NCBI GenBank assembly: GCA_963727445.1
Contig: CAVSGI010000027.1
Span: 32,001 to 96,000 of the forward strand
From: an uncultured delta proteobacterium
GTDB lineage: Bacteria > Myxococcota_A > Polyangia > Polyangiales > B10-G4
Direction: 5' to 3'
Length of the DNA stretch: 64,000 nucleotides
Shown: piece after piece, positions 37,557 to 49,850 of the stretch
How the letters are laid out: every line of letters begins with the position of its first letter
How positions within the stretch are numbered: the stretch's first letter is position 1
Made by a program: the position numbers and the translations under genes
The notes under the pieces: generated by a model
The model's database searches: none
Seen by the model: the letters and a program-made list of their open reading frames with translations, nothing else
Told to the model about the DNA's origin: nothing

Positions 37557-38507
37557 TCACGCGTAGCGGGGATCGCCGGGCTCGAGATCGAGGGCGTCTC
37601 GAATCTCGCCGTAACGGCTCGAGAGGCTGCCGGGCGCGACGCCGTAGCGGCGCGCGACGCTGGCCTTCGTCACTCCGCGCACCCCCATCACGAAGGTGAT
37701 GGCGTACTCGACGGCCGCGGCGTAGGTCTCGGGCTTGATCACCCGGAGGTGGCGGCCGTCGTGGAAGTCGGCCCAGAGCGCCCGGGCGCGCGCCACGGCG
37801 GCCTTCGAAAAGCCGGCCTTCTGCATCTCGCGCTCGAGCGCACGCTCGACCTCGAGCTCCTTGCCGTCGACGCGATGCACGCCCGCCGGATGCTCCAGAC
37901 GCGGCGACGGGCGGTCGCCGGCGCCCCCCTCAATCCACTCGAGGAGATCCCGGTGGCTCGCGTTGTGCGGCGCCGCGAGGGCCGCGTCCTCCGCCAGCTC
38001 ACGGGCTTCTTCGAGCTTGCCGAGGCGCGCGAGGCAGTGCGCGAGCGACGCGGTGATCTCGTGCTCGAGCGGCTCCATGCGATGCGCGTCGCGCAGGTGG
38101 TGCTCGGCGTCGGCGGCACGCTCGAGCGCGACATCGAGGAGGTGACCCAGGTTGTGGTGGTACCAGGGGTTCTGAGGCGAGATCAGAAGCGCGCGACGAT
38201 ACGCAGCGACGGCGGCGCGGAAATTACCGAGCAGCGCCTGGCAGAGCCCCATGAGCGCGTGGACCACGTCGTCGTCCTGACGGTGCGCCGCGACCCGCCG
38301 GAGGTGCAGCGCCGCCTGCCACGGATCGGATTCGATGCGCAGCTCTGCGAGGTGCCGGTGCGCGAAGAGCGCATGCTCGCCCTCGTCACCCACGACGTCG
38401 AGGAGCTGAAGGAGCAGCGCGGAGATGTCCTTGCCGTCAGCGCCTTTCGCGAGGGCGTTCTCGGCGAGTCTTCGCAACCGGTCCGCATCGTTCGGAGCAC
38501 CGCTCAT
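37557..38507 (-). CDS. TPR protein with C-terminal TFIIB/cyclin-like helical domain
   Basis: TPRs (LGNFRAAVAAYRRALLISPQNPWYHHNLG); C-terminal KPETYAAAVEY..TKASVARRYGV..SLSSRYGEI. Confidence 0.7.
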   Translation of the reverse strand: MSGAPNDADRLRRLAENALAKGADGKDISALLLQLLDVVGDEGEHALFAHRHLAELRIESDPWQAALHLRRVAAHRQDDDVVHALMGLCQALLGNFRAAVAAYRRALLISPQNPWYHHNLGHLLDVALERAADAEHHLRDAHRMEPLEHEITASLAHCLARLGKLEEARELAEDAALAAPHNASHRDLLEWIEGGAGDRPSPRLEHPAGVHRVDGKELEVERALEREMQKAGFSKAAVARARALWADFHDGRHLRVIKPETYAAAVEYAITFVMGVRGVTKASVARRYGVAPGSLSSRYGEIRDALDLEPGDPRYA

Positions 38508-38614
38508 GCCCGACTCGTATAGCTTTTCGTACCCCGAGGGGCAAGAGCGACACATCCGGACAACCACGCGGCGGACGCGTCGCGGAGCCAGGATTGCCAA
38601 CCTCGCGATCGCAC

Positions 38615-39358
38615 CTATTCCGCCTTGCGGAGCATCGCGATCAAGAAGCCGCCGAGGTACCGAAACGGTGACGCACTGGCGCGCCGCTCTGCCCGGGCGA
38701 TCGCCGCGCCCAGAAGCGGAATTCGGTGCACGAAAGCCGCGGGTGTCACCACGCGAACGCCGTGAAAATCGACGAGATCTACGCCCGGCGGAAGGTGGCG
38801 CGGTATCACCCACGGTGCGTCCCAGCGGGTGTAGACATCCGCCTCCGTCCGACCGTCACTGATCGGCTGCGGCCCCGCGAGACGTTTCGCTACGTAACGC
38901 AGGCTCAAGGGGTTGTAGAACTCCAGGAACATGTAGCCGCCGGGCCGGGTGACGCGTGCGATCTCGGCCAACGCGACATCGATGTCGGGGACGTGCGCGA
39001 GCACTTTGAAGGAGCACACCACGTCGAAGCTCTCGTCCTCGAAAGGCAGCTCGGTGGCGCTGGCCTCGTGCACCTTCAGCCCGCGCTCTCGCGCCTTGTC
39101 GAGCATCCCGGGCGACAGATCGATGCCGACTGCTTCGTCGGCGATGGCGGCGAGCCGCTCGAGGATCAGCCCGGTGCCACAGCCGACCTCGAGCACGCGC
39201 TTGCCGCGCACGAAATCGCGCACCGTCTCGATCTCGAGGTCGTCGATCAGGCCGTGATAGCCACGCCCCCGCTCGTCCTCGTAGCCGGCGCTGAAGTCGT
39301 CGTAATAGCCTCGCGCCCTTTCGTCCGAAGGCGCTCTCGTTTCGGTTCCATCATCCAT
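38615..39358 (-). CDS. Class I SAM-dependent methyltransferase
   Basis: VLEVGCGTG, GIDLSPGML, LPFEDESFDVV, RVTRPGG. Confidence 0.92.
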   Translation of the reverse strand: MDDGTETRAPSDERARGYYDDFSAGYEDERGRGYHGLIDDLEIETVRDFVRGKRVLEVGCGTGLILERLAAIADEAVGIDLSPGMLDKARERGLKVHEASATELPFEDESFDVVCSFKVLAHVPDIDVALAEIARVTRPGGYMFLEFYNPLSLRYVAKRLAGPQPISDGRTEADVYTRWDAPWVIPRHLPPGVDLVDFHGVRVVTPAAFVHRIPLLGAAIARAERRASASPFRYLGGFLIAMLRKAE

Positions 39359-40466
39359 CGAGCAGCTCGTCGTACAACGCTTCGTAGCGTCGCGCCATGG
39401 CGGCGGGCAGGTGATTGGCGAGGACGTGGCTCCGGGCCGCCTCCCCCAGGGCCTCTCGCGCCGCCTCGTCGTCCAGGATCTCGTCGAAGAGCGCGGCGAT
39501 CTGCGCTGGATCGCCATCCACCAGGCGCGCCCCACCCTGCTCGGCGAGCTCCGCGGCCGCGGTGCCTTCGGCGACCACCGTCGGCCGCTCCATGCTCATC
39601 GCCTCGAGGAGCACCAGCGGATAATCCATCTTCGCGTAAAGATCGTCGCTGGGCAGCGCCACGATGTCCGCCGCGCCCAGCAGAGCGTGGATCCGGCGGG
39701 TCTCCCCCACCCACACCGTTCGCTCCGCGAGCCCATTCGCCGAGACCTCCTGGCGAAGCGCGTCCTCCGCGACCTCGGCCTGAGGCGTCTTCTTCCGCGC
39801 GGCGATCACCAGGACGACGTCGCTTCGATTCATCGCCGCGACCCCGTGGATCACGCGCTCGGCGCCCGCCCCGAACTCGAGGTCGCCCGGATAGACGATC
39901 ACCGGCGCCGTGAGCGGCAGCTCGAAGTGCTGGCGCGCTTCGGCCCGCTCCGCGTCGCTCAGCGGATCGAGCGGCTCGATCGCGGGGCCGATGCGGCGGA
40001 TGCGCTTCGCGGGCATCCCTTCGTCGATGAGCCGCCGCTCCGTATGTCGACTGAGCACCACGGTGATGTCGGCGAAGAGGACCCGCTCGAGGTCGAGCCC
40101 CTCCCGCGGCGCGCTGCAGACGGTGTGCACCGAGGGGACGCGCCGCGTTCGGCAGAGCGCGCGCGAGGCGATCGACGTCTTCGGGTTCGGGGCGAAGAAG
40201 AAGTGCCAGAGGTCGCCGCGCCGCCCGAGCGCGAGCCGCCCCAGCACCTTCAGGTTGTCGGCGAGCGGCGGCGAGAAGCCGCCGGCGCGCTCCGGATAGA
40301 GCGCCTCTACCACGCTGCCCTCGGGCAGCGCGAGCTCGACGCCGGGCCGCGAGAGCACCCGGGGGTGATGACGCGACAAGCTCCTCGCGAGGTCGTGGAC
40401 GAGGTTCTTGCTGCTGTCGTTCCAGGGGGGAGCGACGGGTTTGGAGATGAAGAAGATCTCGGCCAA
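39351..40466 (-). CDS. Glycosyltransferase family 4
   Basis: AADIVALPS..PLVLLEAMSMERPTVV, C-terminal MARRYEALYDELL. Confidence 0.85.
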   Translation of the reverse strand: MAEIFFISKPVAPPWNDSSKNLVHDLARSLSRHHPRVLSRPGVELALPEGSVVEALYPERAGGFSPPLADNLKVLGRLALGRRGDLWHFFFAPNPKTSIASRALCRTRRVPSVHTVCSAPREGLDLERVLFADITVVLSRHTERRLIDEGMPAKRIRRIGPAIEPLDPLSDAERAEARQHFELPLTAPVIVYPGDLEFGAGAERVIHGVAAMNRSDVVLVIAARKKTPQAEVAEDALRQEVSANGLAERTVWVGETRRIHALLGAADIVALPSDDLYAKMDYPLVLLEAMSMERPTVVAEGTAAAELAEQGGARLVDGDPAQIAALFDEILDDEAAREALGEAARSHVLANHLPAAMARRYEALYDELLDG

Positions 40467-40482
40467 GGAGCTACTCCAGGCG

Positions 40483-40992
40483 CTACTCGTCGTCGCCTGC
40501 GCTCACGACCTCGTCGTCCTCCGGCGGCGGCTCGGTCCTTCGCCGGCCCCGCGGCGGAGAGTCGCTCTTCCTGCCCTTGCGCTTGGGCTCGACCTCGGCC
40601 TTCACCTCGGGCTTCACGCCTCCGGCGTCGTTGGGGATGAAGCGTATCTCCGTCTTGATCTCGAAGGACAGGCTGGTGAGCGCCTTCTGGAGCTCGGTCG
40701 CGATGTCCGTCGCCTGCAGGAAGTCACGCACCTCGCCGGCGACCACCCGCACCAGGGCGTTCTTCGTCTCGTCGACCTGCGAGAAGATGTAGCCCACCAG
40801 CTCCTTGGGCAGCTTCACGTTTTCGCCGACGAGCTCCCGAACGACGTTGTCCGTCCTGCTCAGCGTGCCGATGCCCGCCTCGAGGCCGCGCCGGATGGCG
40901 CCGCCGAGCAGTTTCTCCAGACGCAACCTGCGGCGCTTCTCGTCGTCGATATCCGGTGGGATCTCGGACTCGCGACTCTCTTCGTCGGCCAT
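40483..40992 (-). CDS. Hypothetical protein
   Basis: Clean 169-aa ORF in the minus-strand operon (KLPKELVGYIFSQVDETKN..EIKTEIRF). Confidence 0.75.
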   Translation of the reverse strand: MADEESRESEIPPDIDDEKRRRLRLEKLLGGAIRRGLEAGIGTLSRTDNVVRELVGENVKLPKELVGYIFSQVDETKNALVRVVAGEVRDFLQATDIATELQKALTSLSFEIKTEIRFIPNDAGGVKPEVKAEVEPKRKGRKSDSPPRGRRRTEPPPEDDEVVSAGDDE

Positions 40993-41013
40993 GCGGGGAT
41001 TATGCCTTCCGGC

Positions 41014-42045
41014 TCACTGCATGTCGCTGTCGTCGAAGCCGGGCGGCAGGCGCCCCGCCTCGCGCAGCTCCTCGATACGCCGCTCGCGGGCGTTGCGAAG
41101 CTCGGTCGGACCCGGGGAAGCCCCGCGCGCCGGCGTCTCCGGATCGAAGCCTTCGGGCAGCTGGGGTGGGCTGCGGTGCGCCTCGGCCGCGCCCCCCTCG
41201 ACCCGGCGGATCAGAATGCGCTCGATCACCACGTCGGTGAGCGGGGCGTTGTCGGAGTCGCCGTCCTGAGGCACCCGCGCGATGTTCGCGATCGTCTCCT
41301 CTGGCCGGCACTGACCGAAGATGGTGTAGCTGCCATCGAGCTGGGTCGCCGGTCCGTCGGTGATGAAGAACTGCGCGCCGTTCTCGTTGGGGGCGGGCGG
41401 AGCCATGCAGAGCTGACCGGCGCGATCGTGCAGCTGAAGCGACTCGTGGATCTCGTCGGGGATGGTGTAGCCGACGGTGCCGCTGCCGTCGCCGAGGTAG
41501 TCGCCGCCCTGGATCATGTAGTTCGGGATCACCCGGTGGAACTTCGTCATCCGGTATGCCGGACGAGTGACCCACTGCCCCGCGCGCGCGTCCCACCACG
41601 GGCGCTTGCCACGGGCGAGGCCGATGAAGTTGGCGACGGTGTTGGGAGCGCGGTCGGCGTGGAGGTCACAGAAGATCGTCCCGAGGTCGGTGTTGATCTC
41701 CGCCACCAGATCGCCGTCGATGGGAAGCCCCTCGACGGCATCCTCGAGCGTGAAGTGCCCCTCCTTCGGATCGGGTGCGTTGGGCTCGCGTACCAGCTGC
41801 TCCTCGAGGTGCTCCCGCTGGCGCTCGCGCTCCGCCTCCCGGCGCTCCGTCGCGGCGCGACCCGCGGCGCTCGGGTTCGAAAAGATGATGTCGTAGCCGT
41901 CGGGGGTCTGCGGGGCCGGCTCGCCGGCACCCGGGGTCGCGGCTCTGAGCGCGCGCTCGCCTTCGTCGCCCTCCCCGTCATCGCCACAGGCGACGACGGT
42001 GAGGCTGAGCGCGACGAGCGCAGCGATTTTCGTTCGTGCTTTCAT
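41014..42045 (-). CDS. Cyclophilin-type peptidyl-prolyl isomerase lipoprotein
   Basis: VVAC lipobox; APNTVANFIGLARG, FHRVIPNYMIQGGD, NGAQFFIT, YTIFGQC. Confidence 0.93.
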   Translation of the reverse strand: MKARTKIAALVALSLTVVACGDDGEGDEGERALRAATPGAGEPAPQTPDGYDIIFSNPSAAGRAATERREAERERQREHLEEQLVREPNAPDPKEGHFTLEDAVEGLPIDGDLVAEINTDLGTIFCDLHADRAPNTVANFIGLARGKRPWWDARAGQWVTRPAYRMTKFHRVIPNYMIQGGDYLGDGSGTVGYTIPDEIHESLQLHDRAGQLCMAPPAPNENGAQFFITDGPATQLDGSYTIFGQCRPEETIANIARVPQDGDSDNAPLTDVVIERILIRRVEGGAAEAHRSPPQLPEGFDPETPARGASPGPTELRNARERRIEELREAGRLPPGFDDSDMQ

Positions 42046-42585
42046 GGTGACTCTCCGGGGAGGGATACGCCCGACAGCTCGATCCCGCTACCCGGGACGA
42101 TCCCGTGGGTTCGGGCGAAGCCGGCGTTGACCTCGAGTACGTAGCGGCTGGGCTTGTCGATCGCGATGGAATCCTCACTCAAAGGCACGGTATCCGTGAC
42201 GATCCCCAGGATCGTCAGGTCCTCGCCGATGAACAGGACATCCAAGGGGATGAAAGTGTTCTTCATCCAAAAACTGGCAGTCTTCGGCTCCTCGAAGACG
42301 AAGAGCATCCCGGCGTCGGGATCGAGGTGGCGGCGGAACATCAGCCCCTGGGCGCGCTCCTGCGGGTCGTCCGCGACCTCGATGCGCACCTCCACGGGCT
42401 CGGCATCCCGGGCGAGCAGGCGAAGCAGGGGCCGGCTGGGCAGCTCGGCGGCCTGCTGAAGCGGCTCCGAGGGGGCCTCGGCGACCTCCACCGCCCCCTC
42501 GGTGGACTGGACCTCGGGAGCGCTCCCCCGCCACGGCTTCACCTCCGCTTCCGCACCCAAGCACCATCATCAGGACCCAGATCAA
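42042..42585 (-). CDS. DUF192 domain lipoprotein, frameshift in N-terminal part
   Basis: EVADDPQERAQGLMFR, GMLFVF, FWMKNTFIPLD, YVLEVNAG; VLGC lipobox in another frame. Confidence 0.85.
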
Positions 42586-42682
42586 CGCGCGCCCCTTTGC
42601 AAGTCACGGCTCTGCGGCTCGCCCCCGCGGCCGAGGACGGGGTGGTAGCACACCCCCGCGAGCCCGGTATGCTCCGGGCCAT

Positions 42683-44212
42683 ATGACGGCGAAGGTCTAC
42701 CTCCTCGGCGCGGGCCCGGGCGACCCGGGGCTCATCACCGAGCGGGCCAAACGGCGCCTCTCGGAGGCCGACGTCGTCCTATACGACGCGCTGGTGCACC
42801 CAGACCTCCTCGCCCACTGCCGAAGAGACGCAGAGCAGGTCTTCGTCGGCAAGCGCGCCGGGCAACCCTCTGTGCGGCAGGCGCGGATCAACGAGCGCAT
42901 GGCGACCGAGGCCCGCGCCGGCCGCGTCGTGGCGCGCCTCAAGGGCGGCGACCCCTACCTCTTCGGCCGCGGCTCGGAGGAGGCGGAGTTCCTCTCCGAA
43001 GCGGGCATTGCCTTCGAGGTCGTCCCCGGGGTGCCGTCGCCGGTCGTCGCCGCCGCCTACGCGGGGGTGAGCCTCACGCACCGCACGCTCTCGAGCTCGG
43101 TCGCCTACATCACCGCGACGGAGAGCGCCGAGAAGGACCGCACCTCCCACGACTGGGCGAAATTGGCGACCGCCACCGAGACGCTGGTGATCTTCATGGG
43201 GCTGCGCAAGCTGCGCGGACTGATGAAGCTCCTCGTCGATCACGGGCGGCCTCCCGACACGCCCGCGTGCGTGATCCAGAGCGCGTCGCTTCCTTCGCAG
43301 CGCACGGTGGTCGGCACCGTCTCCAACCTCGCCGATCGCGTGGAGGAAGCGGGCCTGGGGATGCCGTCGCTCACCATCGTGGGGCCGGTGGTGAGCCTGC
43401 GCGAAGAGCTGCGCTGGTTCGACCGCCTGCCGCTCTTCGGTAAGCGCGTGCTCGTCACCCGACCGAGCGGACAAGCGGCGGTGCTGAGCGAGCGGCTCAG
43501 GGACGAGGGCGCTCTGCCGATTGAGGCGCCGACCATCCGCATCGCGCCTCCGGAAGACGGCGCGCCACTCGAAGAGGCGGTGAAGGAGCTCGCGCGCTAC
43601 CAATGGGTGCTCTTCACCAGCAAGAACGGCGTGACGCGCTTCTTCGACGAGGTCGCACGACAGGGCGGCGACGCGCGCCGGCTCGGCGGCGCGAAGGTGG
43701 TCGCGATCGGGCCGGGGACGGCGAGCGCGCTCGCCGAGGTGGGGATCGTCGCCGATCGCGTCCCGAAGGAGCACATCGGCGAGGAGGTGGCCAAGTCGGT
43801 GCTCGAGGCACACGGCTCAGACCTCGAGGGCGTCCGGATCCTCCTGCCGCGGGCCGCGGTCGCGCGCGAAGCGCTGCCCGAGGCGCTCCGCGAGGCTGGC
43901 GCCGAGGTGGACGTGGTGCCGGCGTACCGGAACGTGCCCCCCGAGGGAGAGGCGGCTGCACGACTGCGGCGCCTGCTCCAGGATGGCGAGGTCGACATCG
44001 TGACCTTCACCGCCTCCTCCACCGTGCAGAACCTGGTCGACGTTCTGGGCGAAGACGCCCAAGCGCTCCTCGCACCCTTGACGATCGGCTCCATCGGGCC
44101 GATCACCACGGGGACCGCCGAGCGGCTCGGCCTGTCGGTCGCGGTCACGGCGAGCGAGTACACCAACGTCGGCCTGGTCGACGCCCTTCGAGACCATTTC
44201 CAGCAGCCATGA
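42683..44212 (+). CDS. cobA: Uroporphyrinogen-III C-methyltransferase / uroporphyrinogen-III synthase fusion
   Basis: LGAGPGDPGLIT, RLKGGDPYLFGRGSEE, then LFGKRVLVTR, FTSKNGV, FTASSTV HemD motifs. Confidence 0.93.
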   Translation: MTAKVYLLGAGPGDPGLITERAKRRLSEADVVLYDALVHPDLLAHCRRDAEQVFVGKRAGQPSVRQARINERMATEARAGRVVARLKGGDPYLFGRGSEEAEFLSEAGIAFEVVPGVPSPVVAAAYAGVSLTHRTLSSSVAYITATESAEKDRTSHDWAKLATATETLVIFMGLRKLRGLMKLLVDHGRPPDTPACVIQSASLPSQRTVVGTVSNLADRVEEAGLGMPSLTIVGPVVSLREELRWFDRLPLFGKRVLVTRPSGQAAVLSERLRDEGALPIEAPTIRIAPPEDGAPLEEAVKELARYQWVLFTSKNGVTRFFDEVARQGGDARRLGGAKVVAIGPGTASALAEVGIVADRVPKEHIGEEVAKSVLEAHGSDLEGVRILLPRAAVAREALPEALREAGAEVDVVPAYRNVPPEGEAAARLRRLLQDGEVDIVTFTASSTVQNLVDVLGEDAQALLAPLTIGSIGPITTGTAERLGLSVAVTASEYTNVGLVDALRDHFQQP

Positions 44213-44604
44213 GGCGCATCAAAGACACGCTGTGCATCGCATCCCTCGGGCTCGTCCTGACGCTCGGGCTCGGCTGCAACCGCACCCTCGCCCCGTCGAC
44301 CATCGAGGTGGGCCTCGCCGATCATCCGCCGAGCGCCGGGATGACCGACGGCGACGAGTGGCAGAGCGTGGACTGGCTGGGCGATCCGTGGCTCCGCTAC
44401 CCGGGCCGCGCGACGTTGATCATGGAGCACGAGCTGGGGCGGATGCCCTCGAGCGTCCTCGTCTACCTGAGCTTCTCGCCCGACGGATCCGCCGCCGCCC
44501 TCACCGCGGGCTCCACCGCGCAGATCGAATCGGTGGACGAGCGCTTCGTGACGATCACCAACAACACGGACGCGGACTTCTTCATCCGCGTCGTGGTGCG
44601 TTGA
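44209..44604 (+). CDS. Hypothetical lipoprotein
   Basis: LGLGC lipobox; ATGA overlap with cobA. Confidence 0.7.
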   Translation: MRRIKDTLCIASLGLVLTLGLGCNRTLAPSTIEVGLADHPPSAGMTDGDEWQSVDWLGDPWLRYPGRATLIMEHELGRMPSSVLVYLSFSPDGSAAALTAGSTAQIESVDERFVTITNNTDADFFIRVVVR

Positions 44605-44624
44605 AGGCTCGGAGTGTCGCCCCT

Positions 44625-45071
44625 GTGAAGCGCTTCGAGATGGACGCGGGGGCCGAGCGAGCCACCGGACGCTTTCGTCTCGTCGCAGCGATGGTCACCC
44701 TGGCCGCGGTGGTCTGGCTCGCCACCTCGGGCCCCGGGATGGTGGGATGGGCGATCGCGGTCCTCGGGACCCTGGTCTCGGTGGGTTGGCTCGCTTCCTA
44801 CCGGCGCGGCCGGCGACGAGCCGCCGAGGCCCATCGATTCTTCTTGGAGCTCGACACCGAGGGATTGACCCTGGCGGAGGGCGAGGTCGAGCACCATATC
44901 GCCTGGGCCGACATGAAAGACGTGGAAGTGGACGAAGAGCGCCTGGTGGTCTCCGTCTCCCGGCGCGGGGGGCCGCCCCTGACGATTCAGCCCAGATACC
45001 GGGGGGTTTCCCTCCTCGAGCTGGCCACCGCAATCCGAGAAGGTGCCGCGGGCGCCGAGATGGTTAAATGA
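44625..45071 (+). CDS. Hypothetical membrane protein
   Basis: Two TM helices then LELDTEGL..IAWADMKDV PH-like segment; start approximate. Confidence 0.65.
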   Translation: MKRFEMDAGAERATGRFRLVAAMVTLAAVVWLATSGPGMVGWAIAVLGTLVSVGWLASYRRGRRRAAEAHRFFLELDTEGLTLAEGEVEHHIAWADMKDVEVDEERLVVSVSRRGGPPLTIQPRYRGVSLLELATAIREGAAGAEMVK

Positions 45072-45077
45072 CCCGAG

Positions 45078-45398
45078 ATGGCGGATCGCTTCGAAAACGA
45101 CGAAGGGGTCATCACGCGGACCCAGGCAGAGAAGAAGGTCGCTCGACCGAAGCTCTACAAGGTCCTCATGCACAACGACGACTACACGACCCGCGAGTTC
45201 GTCGTCGAGGTGCTCAAGCACGTCTTCCACCAGTCGGAGAGCGACGCCGTGCAGATCATGCTGCACGTCCACCACAACGGTCTCGGCATCGCCGGCGTCT
45301 ACACCCGGGAGATCGCCGAGACCAAGATCACCCGCGTCGAGCACCTGGCGCGGGAGTGCGAGTTCCCCTTGAGGCTCACGATGGAGCCCGAGGAATGA
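45078..45398 (+). CDS. clpS: ATP-dependent Clp protease adaptor
   Basis: YKVLMHNDDYTTREFVVEVL, MLHVHHNG..AGVYTREIAETK, FPL. Confidence 0.97.
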   Translation: MADRFENDEGVITRTQAEKKVARPKLYKVLMHNDDYTTREFVVEVLKHVFHQSESDAVQIMLHVHHNGLGIAGVYTREIAETKITRVEHLARECEFPLRLTMEPEE

Positions 45399-45408
45399 TG
45401 CGATAGCC

Positions 45409-47684
<2,276 letters not shown>

Positions 47685-47747
47685 GCTGGCTCCTGGCCGC
47701 GCGGCACCAAAAGTTGAAAAGTGTAGACCGTCCCCGGCAGCGGGGCC

Positions 47748-48068
47748 TCAGAGCGACGGCCAGAGCACGACGTAGAAGATCATCAGCGCGACGCTCGCGA
47801 CGATGCCGGCGATGCAGCCGCAGCCGATGGGCGCGCCCACGGCGATCCCCATGCCCTTCTTGCGCGCGAGCAGCGCGGGCAGCCACGCGACGAGCCCAGC
47901 GACGATGAAAGGAACCGTCATGTAGCTGACGGTGACGGCTTCCTCTTCGCGCATCTCGGAAGCGGCGATGCCCGTGAGCACGCAAGCGATGAGGGAGACG
48001 AAGAGCATCGCCGCCGACAGGCCGACGCCGATCCAGGTGCCCTTCTCTTCCGGCTTCTGTTCCGTCAT
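47748..48068 (-). CDS. Small hypothetical membrane protein (3 TM)
   Basis: MTEQKPEEKG followed by three hydrophobic segments. Confidence 0.65.
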   Translation of the reverse strand: MTEQKPEEKGTWIGVGLSAAMLFVSLIACVLTGIAASEMREEEAVTVSYMTVPFIVAGLVAWLPALLARKKGMGIAVGAPIGCGCIAGIVASVALMIFYVVLWPSL

Positions 48069-48118
48069 GGCCGCGGAAGGTACAGCCATCTCTGGGAGTT
48101 GGCTACGAGGTGCTCCGC

Positions 48119-48786
48119 TCAGCGACGGCCACCCCGGAGGCGCTCCACGCGCGCGAAGAGCGCATCGGTCGTCACCTTCGAGGGGGTGATGGGCGCCCCC
48201 ACCGTCACCTCCACCCGTGAGCGCCACGCGCGGGGCAGCTTGGTGCAGGGCGCGCCGCCCTTGCGGCTGAAGAAGCTCCCCCACAGCCCGGTGAGCGCGA
48301 CCGGAACGACAGGCACCGGACGGCGGCGGACGATGCGCACGACGCCCTCCTTGAAGGGCTTCATCTCTCCGTCCGGCGTCATCTTGCCCTCGGGACAGAT
48401 CGCGACGAGATCGCCGGACGCGAGCGCGGCGCCGATCGCCTCGTAGGCGCGCGCGAGTAGCGCCGGGTCCTCCTTCTGCGTCGCGATGGGGATCGCGCCA
48501 AAAGCGTCGAAGATCCACCGGAGCAGCGGACGGTCGTAGTCTTTGAAGTGCATCACGAAGCGCGGAACGCGGGTGCAGGTCACGGCGATGAGGAGCCAGT
48601 CGATCACCGAGACGTGGTTGTGGATCACGACAGCCGGTCCCTCTTCGGGGATGTTCTCGCGGCCGCGGAGCCGCAGCCGATAGGCGAGCGAGAGAGCGCT
48701 CGATGAGCACGATGCGCAGGAGCTGGATGAAGAGCCCATCGGGCCCGGGGCGCGGGATGAGACGAGGCGTCGTCGATGGCGATCAT
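48119..48786 (-). CDS. PlsC-family acyltransferase, 5' end frameshifted/uncertain
   Basis: GRENIPEEGP, NHVSVID (HX4D), ICPEG, GLWGSFFSR. Confidence 0.82.
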
Positions 48787-48798
48787 GGCCGTGCCGAG

Positions 48799-48814
48799 TG
48801 CAGCGGACGTGCCA
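48799..48814 (-). promoter_or_regulatory. Candidate sigma54 promoter for the acyltransferase
   Basis: Minus strand TGGCACGTCCGCTGCA, GG-N10-GC. Confidence 0.45.
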
Positions 48815-48962
48815 CCAGGTTTTCCCGGTCCGCCTCGCCCGGCCTGTGCAACTCCCTTCCCGCCGCGGTCGGGCCTCGTGCAACCCAGTGCACGCTCCCA
48901 CCGCACCCCCCCCGGAATCATGGAGCTCATGGCCTGGCACCGCTCCTGAAGAGGGGGAGCGC

Positions 48963-49850
48963 ATGGACCCTCGTGCCTGCCTCTTCGCTCGCCGCGTCGC
49001 GCTGAGCCTCCTCTTCGGTCTGGCCTTTCCCACCAGCGCCGACGCCCAGGACGAGCCCCGCGGCGCCGGCACCCGGTTCGTCGCTCGCCAGCAGCTCGGG
49101 CTTCTCCTCAACCCCATGGGCGCCGAGCACCGCCTCGAGCTCGCGGGCCGCGCGAGCATCGGCGACCAGAGCTCTCTGCTCTTCCAGGGCGCGCACCTCG
49201 AGGTCGGCGTGGCCAACGCGGTCTCCCCCGTGTACGCGGTCGGCGCCGGATACGTCGAGCTCTCGCCGCTGTCGGTTCTTGTGTTGCGCGCGGAGGTCGG
49301 CGGAGAGGGCATCTGGCCCATCGGGTTGAAGGGCGCGGGCTACTACGGCCTCTGCGAGTACGACCACTACCTGAACCCGAACGACCTATCCCCCCAGGCC
49401 GCGCGCAGCGCCGCCGGGTGGCGCGCGGCCTTCAGCGGAACGCTCCAGGGCATGGTGTCCCTCGGCGGCGTGCGCCTTCTCTTCCTCGACCAGTTCGAGG
49501 GCGAGCGCGCTCACGTGGGCGACTCCCCCTACTACTACGATCAACGCAACGACATCGTCCGGGCGCAGACCGATTGGCTGTTGAAGAACGACGTCTTCCT
49601 CGGCCTCGAGCGTGACGTGGAGGCGGACACCATGCTCCGCCTGGGCGTCTACGACAGCCTTCGTGTGCGGCCCGCCTCGAGCGACGTGAACCACCAGCTC
49701 GGGCCCATGGTCATGGTCGTCTTCCGCCGCCCGAACCGCACCCTGTCCTCCATCACCCCCTTCGTTCGCGGCGGCTACTACACGCATCACGGCTCGCGGC
49801 AGCACTCGACCACCATCCTCGGCGGCATCAGCCTGGAGTACGACCTGTGA
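48963..49850 (+). CDS. Exported protein, probable outer-membrane beta-barrel
   Basis: Signal peptide (..ADA-Q), alternating amphipathic strands, C-terminal GGISLEYDL. Confidence 0.6.
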   Translation: MDPRACLFARRVALSLLFGLAFPTSADAQDEPRGAGTRFVARQQLGLLLNPMGAEHRLELAGRASIGDQSSLLFQGAHLEVGVANAVSPVYAVGAGYVELSPLSVLVLRAEVGGEGIWPIGLKGAGYYGLCEYDHYLNPNDLSPQAARSAAGWRAAFSGTLQGMVSLGGVRLLFLDQFEGERAHVGDSPYYYDQRNDIVRAQTDWLLKNDVFLGLERDVEADTMLRLGVYDSLRVRPASSDVNHQLGPMVMVVFRRPNRTLSSITPFVRGGYYTHHGSRQHSTTILGGISLEYDL

